A stretch of DNA of 64,000 bases from Candidatus Omnitrophota bacterium (GCA_020341815.1 CP070837.1:135229-199228); one strand, 5' to 3'. Positions 9,614 through 19,207 are shown, numbered from the stretch's first letter. The notes: a model not told the origin generated them from the sequence alone. Made by a program: numbers and translations.

Positions 9614-10633
9614 ATGAAGAGATATAATGTAGCGGTAGTAGGAGTGGGAGCGGTTGGTGAGGAAATGCTGCGCGTTCTGCACCAGCGAAAGTTTCCTGTA
9701 AATGAATTGCGTGTTTTTGCCCGCAGCTCACGGGAGATTGTCGTAGATAGGCATAAATATAGCGTCCGGAAGGTCTCTCCCGAGGGCTTTGAGGCAATAA
9801 ATATTGCTTTATTTGCCGGAACCGAAGGCGAAAAGGGCGCAGCCGTAACTTATGCCCCCGAGGCCATAAAAAGAGGGGCGATAGCGATTGATAACGGCGC
9901 AGACTTTCGTCTGAGGAAAGATGTGCCTTTGGTTGTGCCGGAAGTAAATCCGCAGGATGTAAAAAAGCATAAGGGGATTATCTCCAATCCCAATTGTTCT
10001 ACTATTCAGCTGGTTGTTGCCTGCGGGCCTATCCATAAAAAAGTAGGAATAAAAAGGATGATTGTTGCTACCTACCAGGCCGCCTCCGGCGCCGGCAGGG
10101 CAGCGGTGGATGAGTTGAACAGGCAGTCAAAGGAGGTCTTAAGCGGGGGCGCAGTAAGTGAGGCTAAGGCCCTCCCGGCCCGGATTGCCTTTAATGTTTT
10201 TCCGCAAATCGGCGGCTTCCAGAAGGATGATTATACAACAGAGGAGTGGAAGACGGTTAATGAGACGCACAAGATTCTCCATGATAATAAGATAAAGATT
10301 ACCTCAACCACAGCGCGCGTGCCTGTTGCCGTAGGCCACAGCCAGGCGGTTTATCTGGAGACGGCTGAAGAGATTTCTCCTGCCGGCCTCAGGCAGTTGC
10401 TTAAGAAATCAAAAGGCATAAAGGTGGTTGACGCAGCGCAAGGTGAGAAAGGGCGCAGTTATCCCCAGGCCATAGACGCCGCAGGAGGCGATGATGTATT
10501 GGTCGGGCGCATCAGAAAGGACCCATTTGTGAAAAATGGCCTCTGGTTATGGGTGGTTGCCGATAATCTGCGCAAAGGCGCAGCCTTGAATGCGGTGCAG
10601 ATTGCCGAACTCGTATGCGGAATATCAAGTTAA
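9614..10633 (+). CDS. asd: aspartate-semialdehyde dehydrogenase
   Basis: PLVVPEVN, NPNCSTIQ, DNLRKGAALNAVQIAE. Confidence 0.95.
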   Translation: MKRYNVAVVGVGAVGEEMLRVLHQRKFPVNELRVFARSSREIVVDRHKYSVRKVSPEGFEAINIALFAGTEGEKGAAVTYAPEAIKRGAIAIDNGADFRLRKDVPLVVPEVNPQDVKKHKGIISNPNCSTIQLVVACGPIHKKVGIKRMIVATYQAASGAGRAAVDELNRQSKEVLSGGAVSEAKALPARIAFNVFPQIGGFQKDDYTTEEWKTVNETHKILHDNKIKITSTTARVPVAVGHSQAVYLETAEEISPAGLRQLLKKSKGIKVVDAAQGEKGRSYPQAIDAAGGDDVLVGRIRKDPFVKNGLWLWVVADNLRKGAALNAVQIAELVCGISS

Positions 10634-11364
10634 TCATTGAATATGAGGGCAGCGGTTATTCCGGCTGGCAGGTACAAAACGGAAGTCAGAGAAAAACCGT
10701 TCAGGAGACGATAGAAGGCGCCTTAGCTCAGATTCTTCAGGAAAAGGTTAAATTAATCGGTTCAGGAAGGACCGATAGCGGGGTTCATGCCCAAGCCCAG
10801 ATAGCCAATTTTAAGACCAAATCCGGGCTTGATTGCGCCAATATCAAGAGGGCCTTAAACAGTGTTTTGCCTGTGGATATCCGTATCAAAGAGGTCAAAG
10901 AGGCCCATCCCGATTTTCACGCAAGATTTGCTGCCCAAAGCAAGACCTATCGCTACACTATAGTTAATGACAGCTTTGCCTCGCCTTTTCTCAGGCGCTA
11001 CGCGCATCTGATAAAGTACCCTTTAAGTATAACAAAGATGCGTAAAGCAGGTAATTATCTTATAGGAAGGCATAATCTCGCTTCCTTTCAGGCCCAGGAT
11101 AAAAGAAAGAGGCCGGCGGTGCGCACAATCAAGCGCCTGAACGTGCGCAAGTATAAGAATCTTATACATATAGACATTGAGGCCGACGGTTTTCTCTACC
11201 GGATGGTGCGCAATATTGTAGGCACCCTTATTGAAGTGGGCCGAAAGAAGCTTACTCCAGAGGATATAAAGGCCATTCTTAAGGCCAAAAACAGGATTTA
11301 TGCCGGTCCCTGTGCCCCGGCCAGGGGTTTGTGCCTCTTAGAGGTGAGATATAAAAGGGGTTGA
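10615..11364 (+). CDS. truA: tRNA pseudouridine(38-40) synthase
   Basis: YxGWQ, GRTDSGVHA, FLYRMVR. Confidence 0.95.
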   Translation: MRNIKLIIEYEGSGYSGWQVQNGSQRKTVQETIEGALAQILQEKVKLIGSGRTDSGVHAQAQIANFKTKSGLDCANIKRALNSVLPVDIRIKEVKEAHPDFHARFAAQSKTYRYTIVNDSFASPFLRRYAHLIKYPLSITKMRKAGNYLIGRHNLASFQAQDKRKRPAVRTIKRLNVRKYKNLIHIDIEADGFLYRMVRNIVGTLIEVGRKKLTPEDIKAILKAKNRIYAGPCAPARGLCLLEVRYKRG

Positions 11365-11389
11365 CAAACGGCTAAAATTATGCTATACT
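11361..11389 (+). promoter_or_regulatory. sigma70 promoter of rplM-rpsI
   Basis: TTGACA-N17-TATACT with extended TG. Confidence 0.8.
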
Positions 11390-11414
11390 TCACCTCTCCC
11401 GAAAAGAGGCAAAA

Positions 11415-11843
11415 ATGAAGACCTACATCGCTAAACCCAAAGAAATCAAGAGGAAATGGTATTTGCTTGACGCCAAGGATAAAATCTTGGGCCGTATTGC
11501 CACGCAGGCGGCGACGATTCTGCGCGGCAAGCATAAGGCCATCTTTACACCTCATGTCGATTGCGGAGATTATGTGGTTATAATTAACGCTAAAGATATA
11601 AGGGTAACCGGAAACAAGATGGAAGAGAAGATGTATAAGCGTTATTCCGGATATCCCAGCGGATTGAAGGAAACGCCGCTAAAAGATATGCTTAAGAAAA
11701 AGCCTGAAGAGGCGCTTAAGCATGCAATCAAGGGGATGCTGCCTAAGGGGCCTTTAGGCAGAGAGACTTTTAAAAAGCTGAAGATTTATGCAGGAAGCGC
11801 CCATCATCACCAGGCCCAGAAACCAAAGGTCTTGGAGCTTTAA
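11415..11843 (+). CDS. rplM: 50S ribosomal protein L13
   Basis: [22 protein letters not shown]. Confidence 0.97.
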   Translation: MKTYIAKPKEIKRKWYLLDAKDKILGRIATQAATILRGKHKAIFTPHVDCGDYVVIINAKDIRVTGNKMEEKMYKRYSGYPSGLKETPLKDMLKKKPEEALKHAIKGMLPKGPLGRETFKKLKIYAGSAHHHQAQKPKVLEL

Positions 11844-11846
11844 GCT

Positions 11847-12239
11847 ATGGAAAAGGAAAAATTTCAGGGGACAGGAAGAAGAAAAAGAGCCGTAGCCAGG
11901 ATAATGCTTTCGCCGGGCGAAGGGAAAGTGCTGATTAACGGCAGGACGCCGGAGGACTACTTTCCTATTCCGACCCTGCGTGTATGTATCTTGCAGCCTC
12001 TGAAAGCTACAGATACCCTAAAGAAGTTTAACGTCCATGTCAATGTAAGAGGCGGAGGTACCGCCGGCCAGGCCGAAGCTGTGCGTCATGGGATCGCCCG
12101 GGCTTTAATCAAAGCGGATGAAACCCTGCGCGCAACATTAAAAAGCGCCGGTTTCCTAAGGCGTGACCCACGGATGAAAGAGCGCAAGAAATACGGGCAA
12201 AAAGGCGCGCGACGGCAATTCCAGTGGACCAAGCGATAA
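11847..12239 (+). CDS. rpsI: 30S ribosomal protein S9
   Basis: GTGRRK.AVA, GGG..GQA, ERKKYG..GAR..Q.TKR. Confidence 0.97.
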   Translation: MEKEKFQGTGRRKRAVARIMLSPGEGKVLINGRTPEDYFPIPTLRVCILQPLKATDTLKKFNVHVNVRGGGTAGQAEAVRHGIARALIKADETLRATLKSAGFLRRDPRMKERKKYGQKGARRQFQWTKR

Positions 12240-12302
12240 GTAAGGAGGACCAGCCAGAGATTGTTTAATATTTTTAAGTTTAATATTTAAGGTTTTAAAA
12301 TG

Positions 12303-12350
12303 AGCCTACTTATCGACGAAATTTCTTGACGGAGTAGGCTTTTTTATTTT
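12303..12350 (+). terminator. probable intrinsic terminator after rpsI
   Basis: AGCCTACT...AGTAGGCT stem followed by TTTTTATTTT. Confidence 0.6.
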
Positions 12351-12355
12351 ATAAT
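12326..12355 (+). promoter_or_regulatory. sigma70 promoter of arg operon, overlapping the terminator
   Basis: TTGACG-N18-TATAAT. Confidence 0.65.
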
Positions 12356-12365
12356 ATAAGTGAGG

Positions 12366-12470
12366 TTATAACTTATGGAACGAAGTAAACATAAGTTATA
12401 AGGCCGAACTTATTCCGACGAGTGCGGGAAAATTGTGGAATAGAATTTCCCCGCATCATACGAGTCGGAG
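12366..12470 (+). other. two-hairpin structured leader upstream of argC
   Basis: TTATAACTTATG/CATAAGTTATAA perfect IR, and TCCGAC..TGCGGGAAAATT/AATTTCCCCGCA..GTCGGA hairpin. Confidence 0.6.
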
Positions 12471-12486
12471 AAGAGGATAAACGGTT

Positions 12487-13506
12487 ATGTTAAAAATTGC
12501 TATAGTAGGGGCAACAGGATATGCAGGTGAGGAATTATTGAAAGTTTTAGTCAATCATCCCCGCCTTAAGATAACCTCTGTCTCGGCGAAGATAGATAAA
12601 CCGCAGAAGATCGATCAAGTCTTTCCTTATCTTAAAGGCAAGTTAGATTTAATCTGTAAAGAGCCGGACTTTTCTCAAATTGTACCTGATTGCGATTTGG
12701 CCTTTCTGGCGCTTCCGCACCGGGTATCTATGGATGTGGCTCCTCAATTTCTGCATGGGGGAAAGAAGGTTATCGACTTAAGCGCAGATTATAGATTAAA
12801 AGAGACTTCTGTCTATGAGAAGTGGTACGCCGCCAAACATAAAGACCCCGAACATCTTAAAGGGGCAGTTTATGGCCTGCCGGAAGTTTACAGAAAAAAA
12901 ATTAAACAGGCCCAGCTTATAGCCAATCCCGGCTGTTATCCTACGGGAATAATTCTGGGCTGCCTGCCTTTTTTGTCGAAGCATGCGGTGTTCACGGAGA
13001 ATATTATCGTTGATGCCAAGACCGGCTTAAGCGGCGCAGGAAGAGAAAAAGAGGCCTTGCTTATTCCCCAGATGCAGGATAATTTCAGGGCCTATAAGGT
13101 TGATGAACATCAGCATTCACCGGAGATAAATCAGGAATTATCCGGCTTTGCCAAAGAAAAAATAGAGATTACCTTTACCCCTCATCTTATTCCTATAAAG
13201 AGGGGAATCTTGAGCACAATTTATTTTCAATTGAAAAATAGAATTTCCCAGGAAGAGGCGCAGAAACTGTATCAGGATTTTTATCAGAATGAGCCGTTCG
13301 TGAAAGTGTTACCGGAAGGAAAGTTTCCTCAGCTTAGGGATGTAGTGAAGACGAATTTCTGCCACATAGGCTTGAAGGTAAACCCGGCCAGAAAAACAGC
13401 TATTGTTATTTCCGCCATAGATAACTTGGTTAAGGGTGCCTCCGGACAGGCGGTACAGAATATGAATATTATGTATGGGTTTGAAGAAACAGAAGGCTTG
13501 AAATGA
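12487..13506 (+). CDS. argC: N-acetyl-gamma-glutamyl-phosphate reductase
   Basis: GATGYAG, IANPGCYPT, DNLVKGASGQA. Confidence 0.96.
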   Translation: MLKIAIVGATGYAGEELLKVLVNHPRLKITSVSAKIDKPQKIDQVFPYLKGKLDLICKEPDFSQIVPDCDLAFLALPHRVSMDVAPQFLHGGKKVIDLSADYRLKETSVYEKWYAAKHKDPEHLKGAVYGLPEVYRKKIKQAQLIANPGCYPTGIILGCLPFLSKHAVFTENIIVDAKTGLSGAGREKEALLIPQMQDNFRAYKVDEHQHSPEINQELSGFAKEKIEITFTPHLIPIKRGILSTIYFQLKNRISQEEAQKLYQDFYQNEPFVKVLPEGKFPQLRDVVKTNFCHIGLKVNPARKTAIVISAIDNLVKGASGQAVQNMNIMYGFEETEGLK

Positions 13507-13507
13507 A

Positions 13508-13619
13508 CCCCGCCCTTCCTAAAAAATGCAACTTAAGTATTGCAAAGAAGCGCTGGGGAGCTTTACTTTTGTTAAAAAAATGTATACAGAATAAGGGATG
13601 AAAGGAAGAGCGGGGTGAA
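13508..13619 (+). mobile_element. start-codon hairpin insertion element, copy 2 (112 bp)
   Basis: ATGAA|CCCCGCCCTTCC...GGAAGAGCGGGG-TGAA between argC stop and argJ start. Confidence 0.85.
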
Positions 13620-14802
13620 GATTATTGAAGGAGGAATAACAGCGCCAAAGGGTTTTACCTCAGGCGGCGTCCATTGCGGCATAAAATACAGAAATAAAGA
13701 CTTGAGCTTGATATATTCAAAAGCTCCTTGTCTGGGGTGTGGGTTGTTCACCCAGAATAAGGTTCAGGCCGCACCTGTTAAGATAACTCGTGCCCATTTA
13801 AAGAATAATAAAGCCCAGGCCATTATTGCCAACAGCGGAAATGCCAATTGTTGCACGGGAGAGCAAGGCCTTAAAGATGCCCGCAGGATATGTAAAGTTG
13901 TGGCCGATAAATTGGGCATAAGTCCGAGCGATGTCCTGGTAGCCTCTACAGGGATTATCGGCAAGAGATTGCCGATGGAGAGAATGGAAAAAGCTATCCC
14001 TGCGCTGCTTGATAGATTAAGCAACGAAAGAAGCCTTGAGGCGGCCCATGCGATTATGACTACGGATACTAAGCCTAAGCAGATATCCGTAGAGCTGAAC
14101 TTGGGAAGTGCTAAGGTGAGAATTGGCGCTATCGCCAAGGGCGCAGGGATGCTCCAGCCTCATTTGGCTACGATGCTCGCCTTTATTAGCACCGATGCGA
14201 AAATAGATAAAACAAGATTACAAAAAGCGCTTAAAGAGGCGGTGGATAATTCCTTCAATCTGATTACTGTAGAGGGCGATACCAGTACCAATGATATGGT
14301 TTTGATGCTGGCTAATGGTTTATCCGGCAATAAAAAGCTTAACGCAAAAGAGTTTATGCTTTTTCAGCAGGCCCTTAATTTTGTCTGCCTTTCCTTGGCT
14401 AAGATGCTTATTAAGGATGCCGAGGGCGCAACCAAATTTGCCCAGATTAAGGTGGAGCAGGCAAAAAATATTACTCAAGCCAAGCAAGTAGCCTTTAAAG
14501 TGGCCAATTCTGCTTTGGTAAAGACTGCCTTATTCGGGTCCAATCCCAACTGGGGCAGGATTGCTGCCGCAGCCGGTTGTGCCGATAGCGCGATCAAGGC
14601 TGATAGACTGGATATTTATCTGGATGGGCTAAAGGTATTGCAAAAAGGCGTTGTCTCGAAAGTGGACCGCCAGAGATTAAATGAAAGCTTCAAAAAAGAC
14701 GAAATAGAGATAAAAATTAATTTAGGATTAGGCAAATCTGCAACACGTGTTTTTACATGCGACCTGTCCGGGAAATATGTCAAGATCAATGCCAGGTATT
14801 AA
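13615..14802 (+). CDS. argJ: ornithine acetyltransferase
   Basis: NSGNAN, IMTTDT, KGAGM.P..ATML, DTSTND. Confidence 0.96.
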   Translation: MKIIEGGITAPKGFTSGGVHCGIKYRNKDLSLIYSKAPCLGCGLFTQNKVQAAPVKITRAHLKNNKAQAIIANSGNANCCTGEQGLKDARRICKVVADKLGISPSDVLVASTGIIGKRLPMERMEKAIPALLDRLSNERSLEAAHAIMTTDTKPKQISVELNLGSAKVRIGAIAKGAGMLQPHLATMLAFISTDAKIDKTRLQKALKEAVDNSFNLITVEGDTSTNDMVLMLANGLSGNKKLNAKEFMLFQQALNFVCLSLAKMLIKDAEGATKFAQIKVEQAKNITQAKQVAFKVANSALVKTALFGSNPNWGRIAAAAGCADSAIKADRLDIYLDGLKVLQKGVVSKVDRQRLNESFKKDEIEIKINLGLGKSATRVFTCDLSGKYVKINARY

Positions 14803-14823
14803 CCGCAGGAGTGTTGAAGTTTA

Positions 14824-15678
14824 ATGAAAAAGGCGATACAGAAGGCGGATATTTTATTAGAGGCCCTGCCTTATATTAAGAAGTTTCAGCATAAGGTTAT
14901 GGTGATAAAGTGCGGGGGCAGGCAGTTAATGAATAAACACATTATTGATAATATCCTGCAGGATATAGTGTTTATGAATTGCGTGGGCCTGAATCCGGTG
15001 CTTATCCACGGAGGCGGCCCCAGCATTAATCAGACACTGCAAGATTTAGGCAAAAAGATAGAGTTTCATCAGGGCTTTCGTGTTACGGATAAGCATACCT
15101 TAACAGTGGTGGTTAAGGAGTTAAATAAGCTTAACCAGTTAATGGTGAAGAAAATCAGGCAACTGGGAGCAAAGGCCGAAGGCCTAAGCGGTCAAAAGGG
15201 TAAGGCAATTAAAGCAAAAAAATTGCATTTCGATAAGAATATCGGTTTTGTGGGAGAGGTGGCCGCGATAAATACGCAAGGGATAAAAAATTTATTAAAA
15301 AGAGGAGTTGTGCCGGTACTTACTCCTTTGGGAATAGGCAGGGACAATCAAATTTACAACATTAATGCCGATATGGCAGCGGCGGAGATAGCCGCACAAT
15401 TAGGAGCGTGGAAACTGGTTCTTTTGACCGATGTGCAGGGTATTATGTATAGTCAAAGGGATAAAAATTCGCTGATTTCGACTTTGAAAATAGCAGAGAT
15501 TAAAGCTTTGATTAAAAAAGGCATTATCCATGGAGGGATGCTGCCCAAGGTTGCTTCCTGCGTAAAAGCATTAAAAAATGGAGTAAAAAAGACGCACATA
15601 ATTGACGGGGGAACCCCTCGTTCCTTGCTTCTGGAAATCTTTACCAATGAAGGTATCGGTACCCAGATTGTCAGTTAG
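14824..15678 (+). CDS. argB: acetylglutamate kinase
   Basis: EALPYI, HGGGP, NINAD, GGMLPK, EIFT..GIGT. Confidence 0.95.
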   Translation: MKKAIQKADILLEALPYIKKFQHKVMVIKCGGRQLMNKHIIDNILQDIVFMNCVGLNPVLIHGGGPSINQTLQDLGKKIEFHQGFRVTDKHTLTVVVKELNKLNQLMVKKIRQLGAKAEGLSGQKGKAIKAKKLHFDKNIGFVGEVAAINTQGIKNLLKRGVVPVLTPLGIGRDNQIYNINADMAAAEIAAQLGAWKLVLLTDVQGIMYSQRDKNSLISTLKIAEIKALIKKGIIHGGMLPKVASCVKALKNGVKKTHIIDGGTPRSLLLEIFTNEGIGTQIVS

Positions 15679-15806
15679 TCGCTCGTCGCTCGTATCTGGT
15701 ATCTAGTAAGAAGTAAGACAGAAACAATAAAATTTTTTAAATATTTAGAAATTACACAAAAAGTTTTTAATAACTAGATACAAGATACTGGATACTAGAT
15801 ACTAGT
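15678..15806. repeat. inverted heptamer arrays flanking an AT-rich core
   Basis: left GTCGCTC GTCGCTC GTATCTG GTATCTA GT; right ACTAGAT ACAAGAT ACTGGAT ACTAGAT ACTAGT. Confidence 0.8.
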
Positions 15807-15812
15807 AAAAAT

Positions 15813-16994
15813 ATGGATAAGAATAAATTAATTAAAGAATATGAAAAATATGTAATGCCCACTTATACCAGGACACCTTTGGTGATTACAAAGGGTAAGG
15901 GCTCAAAGGTTTGGGATGAGAGTGGCAAGGAATATCTGGACTTTTTTCCCGGCTGGGCAGTCAGCGGCCTGGGACACAGGCATCCTCTGGTAGTTGCGGC
16001 TTTATCGGAGCAGGCCAAGAAAGTTCTACATGTACCCAATAATTATTATAATGAATTGCAGGGAGAATTAGCAAAAAAGATTTCTCAAAGTTCTTTTGAC
16101 GGCAAGGTTTTTTTCTGTAACAGCGGCGCCGAAAGCGTTGAGTCGGCAATAAAACTGGCCAGGCTTTACGGAAGCAGCGCCGGTAAATACGAAATTATCA
16201 CTATGGAAAACTCTTTCCATGGCAGGACATTAGCTTCTTTGGCCGCCACAGGCCAAAGTAAATATAAAGAAGGTTTTGCTCCTTTGCCGCAAGGATTTCT
16301 CCAGGTGCCTTTCAATGATTTGGCGGCCCTGAAGGCAAAAATTAACCCAAAGACGACTGCTGTGATGCTTGAGCTGATTCAGGGAGAAGGCGGGATAAAT
16401 GTAGCCGACCCCGAATATATTAAAGCTATAAAAGCGCTTTGCGATGAAAAGGGCTTGCTTTTGATTTTTGATGAGGTGCAGACGGGAATAGGAAGAACGG
16501 GAAAGATGTTTTGCTATCAGCATTATGGTATTACGCCCGATATAATGACTATGGCAAAGTCCTTAGGCGGAGGCTTTCCTATAGGAGCAATTATTGCCCA
16601 GAGAAAAATCGCCGATACATTGGGGCCGGGAAAGCATGCCTCTACCTTTGGGGGCAGTCCTTTGGCCTGCGCCTGCAGTTTGGCGGTTTTTCAGGCCGTA
16701 GAGAAAGAAAAACTTTTAGCCAATGCTAAAGAGACGGGCGAATATTTATATAAAAAATTATCCCATTTGAAAGAAAAATATCATATAATAAAAGAGATTA
16801 GAGGAAAAGGCCTGATGCTGGGGATAGAATTGGATAAAGAGGGAGGCCCCATATATGAGGAGTGTCTTAAAAAGGGCCTTCTGATTAATTGCACGCACGG
16901 CAATGTCTTAAGGATAATGCCCCGCTTGGGCGTATCAAAAGCTGAAATAGATAAGGCGATAGCTATTCTGGATAGCGTATTGCAGGGAAGCTGA
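15813..16994 (+). CDS. argD: acetylornithine aminotransferase
   Basis: NSGAES, SFHGRT, DEVQTG.GRTG, AKSLGGG. Confidence 0.93.
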   Translation: MDKNKLIKEYEKYVMPTYTRTPLVITKGKGSKVWDESGKEYLDFFPGWAVSGLGHRHPLVVAALSEQAKKVLHVPNNYYNELQGELAKKISQSSFDGKVFFCNSGAESVESAIKLARLYGSSAGKYEIITMENSFHGRTLASLAATGQSKYKEGFAPLPQGFLQVPFNDLAALKAKINPKTTAVMLELIQGEGGINVADPEYIKAIKALCDEKGLLLIFDEVQTGIGRTGKMFCYQHYGITPDIMTMAKSLGGGFPIGAIIAQRKIADTLGPGKHASTFGGSPLACACSLAVFQAVEKEKLLANAKETGEYLYKKLSHLKEKYHIIKEIRGKGLMLGIELDKEGGPIYEECLKKGLLINCTHGNVLRIMPRLGVSKAEIDKAIAILDSVLQGS

Positions 16995-17001
16995 GAAAAA
17001 A

Positions 17002-17922
17002 ATGAAGAGAGACTTTCTTTCCATTAAGGATTTGCAGTTAGAAGAGATTGAGCATATCTTTAGCCTGACCGATGAGCTCAAGGCGAAGGTCAAGGACCAT
17101 AGCCGCAGTTTATCGGGTAAGTCCCTGGGGCTCATCTTTCTCAAGCCTTCTTTAAGGACAAGGGTATCTTTTGAAGTGGGGATGAACCAGTTAGGGGGTT
17201 ACGCCCTTTCCCTGGCGGCGGAAGATATAAAGTTTGGCACCAGAGAAGCGGCTAAAGATTTCGGTAAAGTTCTTTCGCGATATTTAGATGCCTTGGTGGT
17301 AAGGACCTTTTCTCATAGCGAAGTTGAGGAGCTGGCAGACTCATCCGATATTCCCGTAATCAACGGCTTAACGGATTTACTGCACCCTTGCCAGGCATTA
17401 AGCGACCTTTATACCATTAAAGAGAAAAAAGGTAATTTAGACGATATTAAGCTTGCCTTTATAGGTGACGGAAATAATGTAGCCCATTCTTTGCTTTACG
17501 GATGCGCTAAATTAGGAGTAAACTTAAAGATAGCTACTCCCTCCAAACATAAACCTGATGAGGAAATCTTTAATCATGCAAAGGAACTGGCCAAATCATC
17601 CGGAGTGGAAATAATTTTGTCGGATAAGCCCTCCAGCGCGGCAGCCAATGCCGATGTAATATATACCGATGTCTGGGCAAGTATGGGCCAGGAGAGAGAA
17701 TATAAGAAAAAAGTTAAAGATTTTAAAGGATTTCAGGTAAATCAGGAGCTTCTTTCTTTGGCAAAACCAGATTGTCTGGTGATGCATTGCCTGCCGGCGC
17801 ACAGAGGCGAAGAGATAACCGATGAGGTACTTGACGGGGCCCATTCCATAGTATTTGACCAGGCAGAGAACAGGATGCACCTGCAGAAGGCAATATTATT
17901 GATGTTGTTAGGAGGATATTGA
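17002..17922 (+). CDS. argF: ornithine carbamoyltransferase
   Basis: SLRTR, HPCQ, HCLPA, DQAENR. Confidence 0.95.
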   Translation: MKRDFLSIKDLQLEEIEHIFSLTDELKAKVKDHSRSLSGKSLGLIFLKPSLRTRVSFEVGMNQLGGYALSLAAEDIKFGTREAAKDFGKVLSRYLDALVVRTFSHSEVEELADSSDIPVINGLTDLLHPCQALSDLYTIKEKKGNLDDIKLAFIGDGNNVAHSLLYGCAKLGVNLKIATPSKHKPDEEIFNHAKELAKSSGVEIILSDKPSSAAANADVIYTDVWASMGQEREYKKKVKDFKGFQVNQELLSLAKPDCLVMHCLPAHRGEEITDEVLDGAHSIVFDQAENRMHLQKAILLMLLGGY

Positions 17923-17926
17923 TGAA

Positions 17927-18042
17927 CCCCGTTACTCCCAAGCACCACGCCTTGCATAATAGATATGGGCGAAGCTAATAAAAAGGAATAGCGGGGATAA
18001 AGATTTGGCATTAGGATGAGATGAAAGGAGTAACGGGGTGAA
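17927..18042 (+). mobile_element. start-codon hairpin insertion element, copy 3 (116 bp, variant stem)
   Basis: ATGAA|CCCCGTTACTCC...GGAGTAACGGGG-TGAA; interior homologous to copies 1 and 4. Confidence 0.85.
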
Positions 18043-19207
18043 AAAGGTAATTTTAGCCTATTCGGGAGGATTGGATACTTCTTGCTGTGTAGTTTGGCTT
18101 AAAGAGCAGGGGTTTAAGGTGATTACCTATACCGCAGATTTAGGCCAGGGAATAAACTTTGCCCAGCTGAAGAAAAAGGCCAAAGATTGCGGGGTAAGCA
18201 AGGCCTATGTTCAGGGCTTAAAAGATAAGTTTCTCAAACATTTTGTTTTTCCTACGCTTCGTGCCGGGGCAATCTATGAAGCAAAATATCCTCTGGCTAC
18301 AGCCTTGGGCAGGCCCTTGATTGCCGAGGGCTTGGTGGAGATTGCCCATAAAGAAGGGGCTGGATATATCGCCCACGGCTGCACCGGAAAGGGTAACGAC
18401 CAGGTGCGAATTGAGGTCTCTGTAGCAGCCCTGGATAAAAAAATAAAAACGATTGCACCTTTAAGGGAATGGGACTTAAAAACAAGAGAAGAGGAAATAA
18501 AATATGCCAAAAAACACCAGATTCAGGTTTCCGCTACCAAAAAGAGCCCTTACAGCACAGACTTAAATCTCTGGGGCAGAAGTATTGAATGCGGGGTATT
18601 AGAAAACCCCTATCATGAGCCTCCGGAAGAGATTTATGAGTTAACCGAAAATCCGCTTAAATGTCCAAATAAAGCAACTTATGTAACAATTGAGTTTGCC
18701 GAAGGCGTGCCTGTAAAATTAAACGGAAAAGCACAGGGAGCAGTTGCTCTTATATCCAAGCTTAATAAAATAGCCGGTGCCTGTGGTGTAGGCAGGATTG
18801 ATATGGTGGAAAACAGGCTCGTTGGAATTAAAAGCAGGGAGATTTATGAGGCCCCGGCAGCGATAGTTCTTTACCTTGCCCATCGTGAGCTGGAGGATTT
18901 GGTCTTAGATAGAGAAACTGCCCAGTTTAAAAGAATTGTTGCAGAGAAATATTCGCAGTTAGTCTACAACGGCCTCTGGCACACGTCGCTAAAGAGCGCC
19001 CTGGATAAGTTTGTTCAGGTCACACAGAAAAATGTCACAGGTGTTGTTAAAATGAAGCTGTATAAAGGCAGTTGTGTATGTGTAGGCAGAAAATCGCCCT
19101 TCTCCTTGTACAAAAAAGAACTGGCCACATATGAAAAAGGGGATAAGTTTGATGCATCCGCAGCAAGCGGCTTCATCAAGATTTGGGGCCTGCCATATAA
19201 TAGTTAA
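18038..19207 (+). CDS. argG: argininosuccinate synthase
   Basis: LAYSGGLDTS, HGCTGKGNDQVR, SREIYEAP. Confidence 0.96.
   Translation: MKKVILAYSGGLDTSCCVVWLKEQGFKVITYTADLGQGINFAQLKKKAKDCGVSKAYVQGLKDKFLKHFVFPTLRAGAIYEAKYPLATALGRPLIAEGLVEIAHKEGAGYIAHGCTGKGNDQVRIEVSVAALDKKIKTIAPLREWDLKTREEEIKYAKKHQIQVSATKKSPYSTDLNLWGRSIECGVLENPYHEPPEEIYELTENPLKCPNKATYVTIEFAEGVPVKLNGKAQGAVALISKLNKIAGACGVGRIDMVENRLVGIKSREIYEAPAAIVLYLAHRELEDLVLDRETAQFKRIVAEKYSQLVYNGLWHTSLKSALDKFVQVTQKNVTGVVKMKLYKGSCVCVGRKSPFSLYKKELATYEKGDKFDASAASGFIKIWGLPYNS

Noticed and set aside
4371-18042. Elements as group I/II introns or ribosomal bypass sites
   Set aside because: Too short for ribozyme cores, and every host ORF is translatable without splicing or hopping. 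Not excluded, but unsupported.
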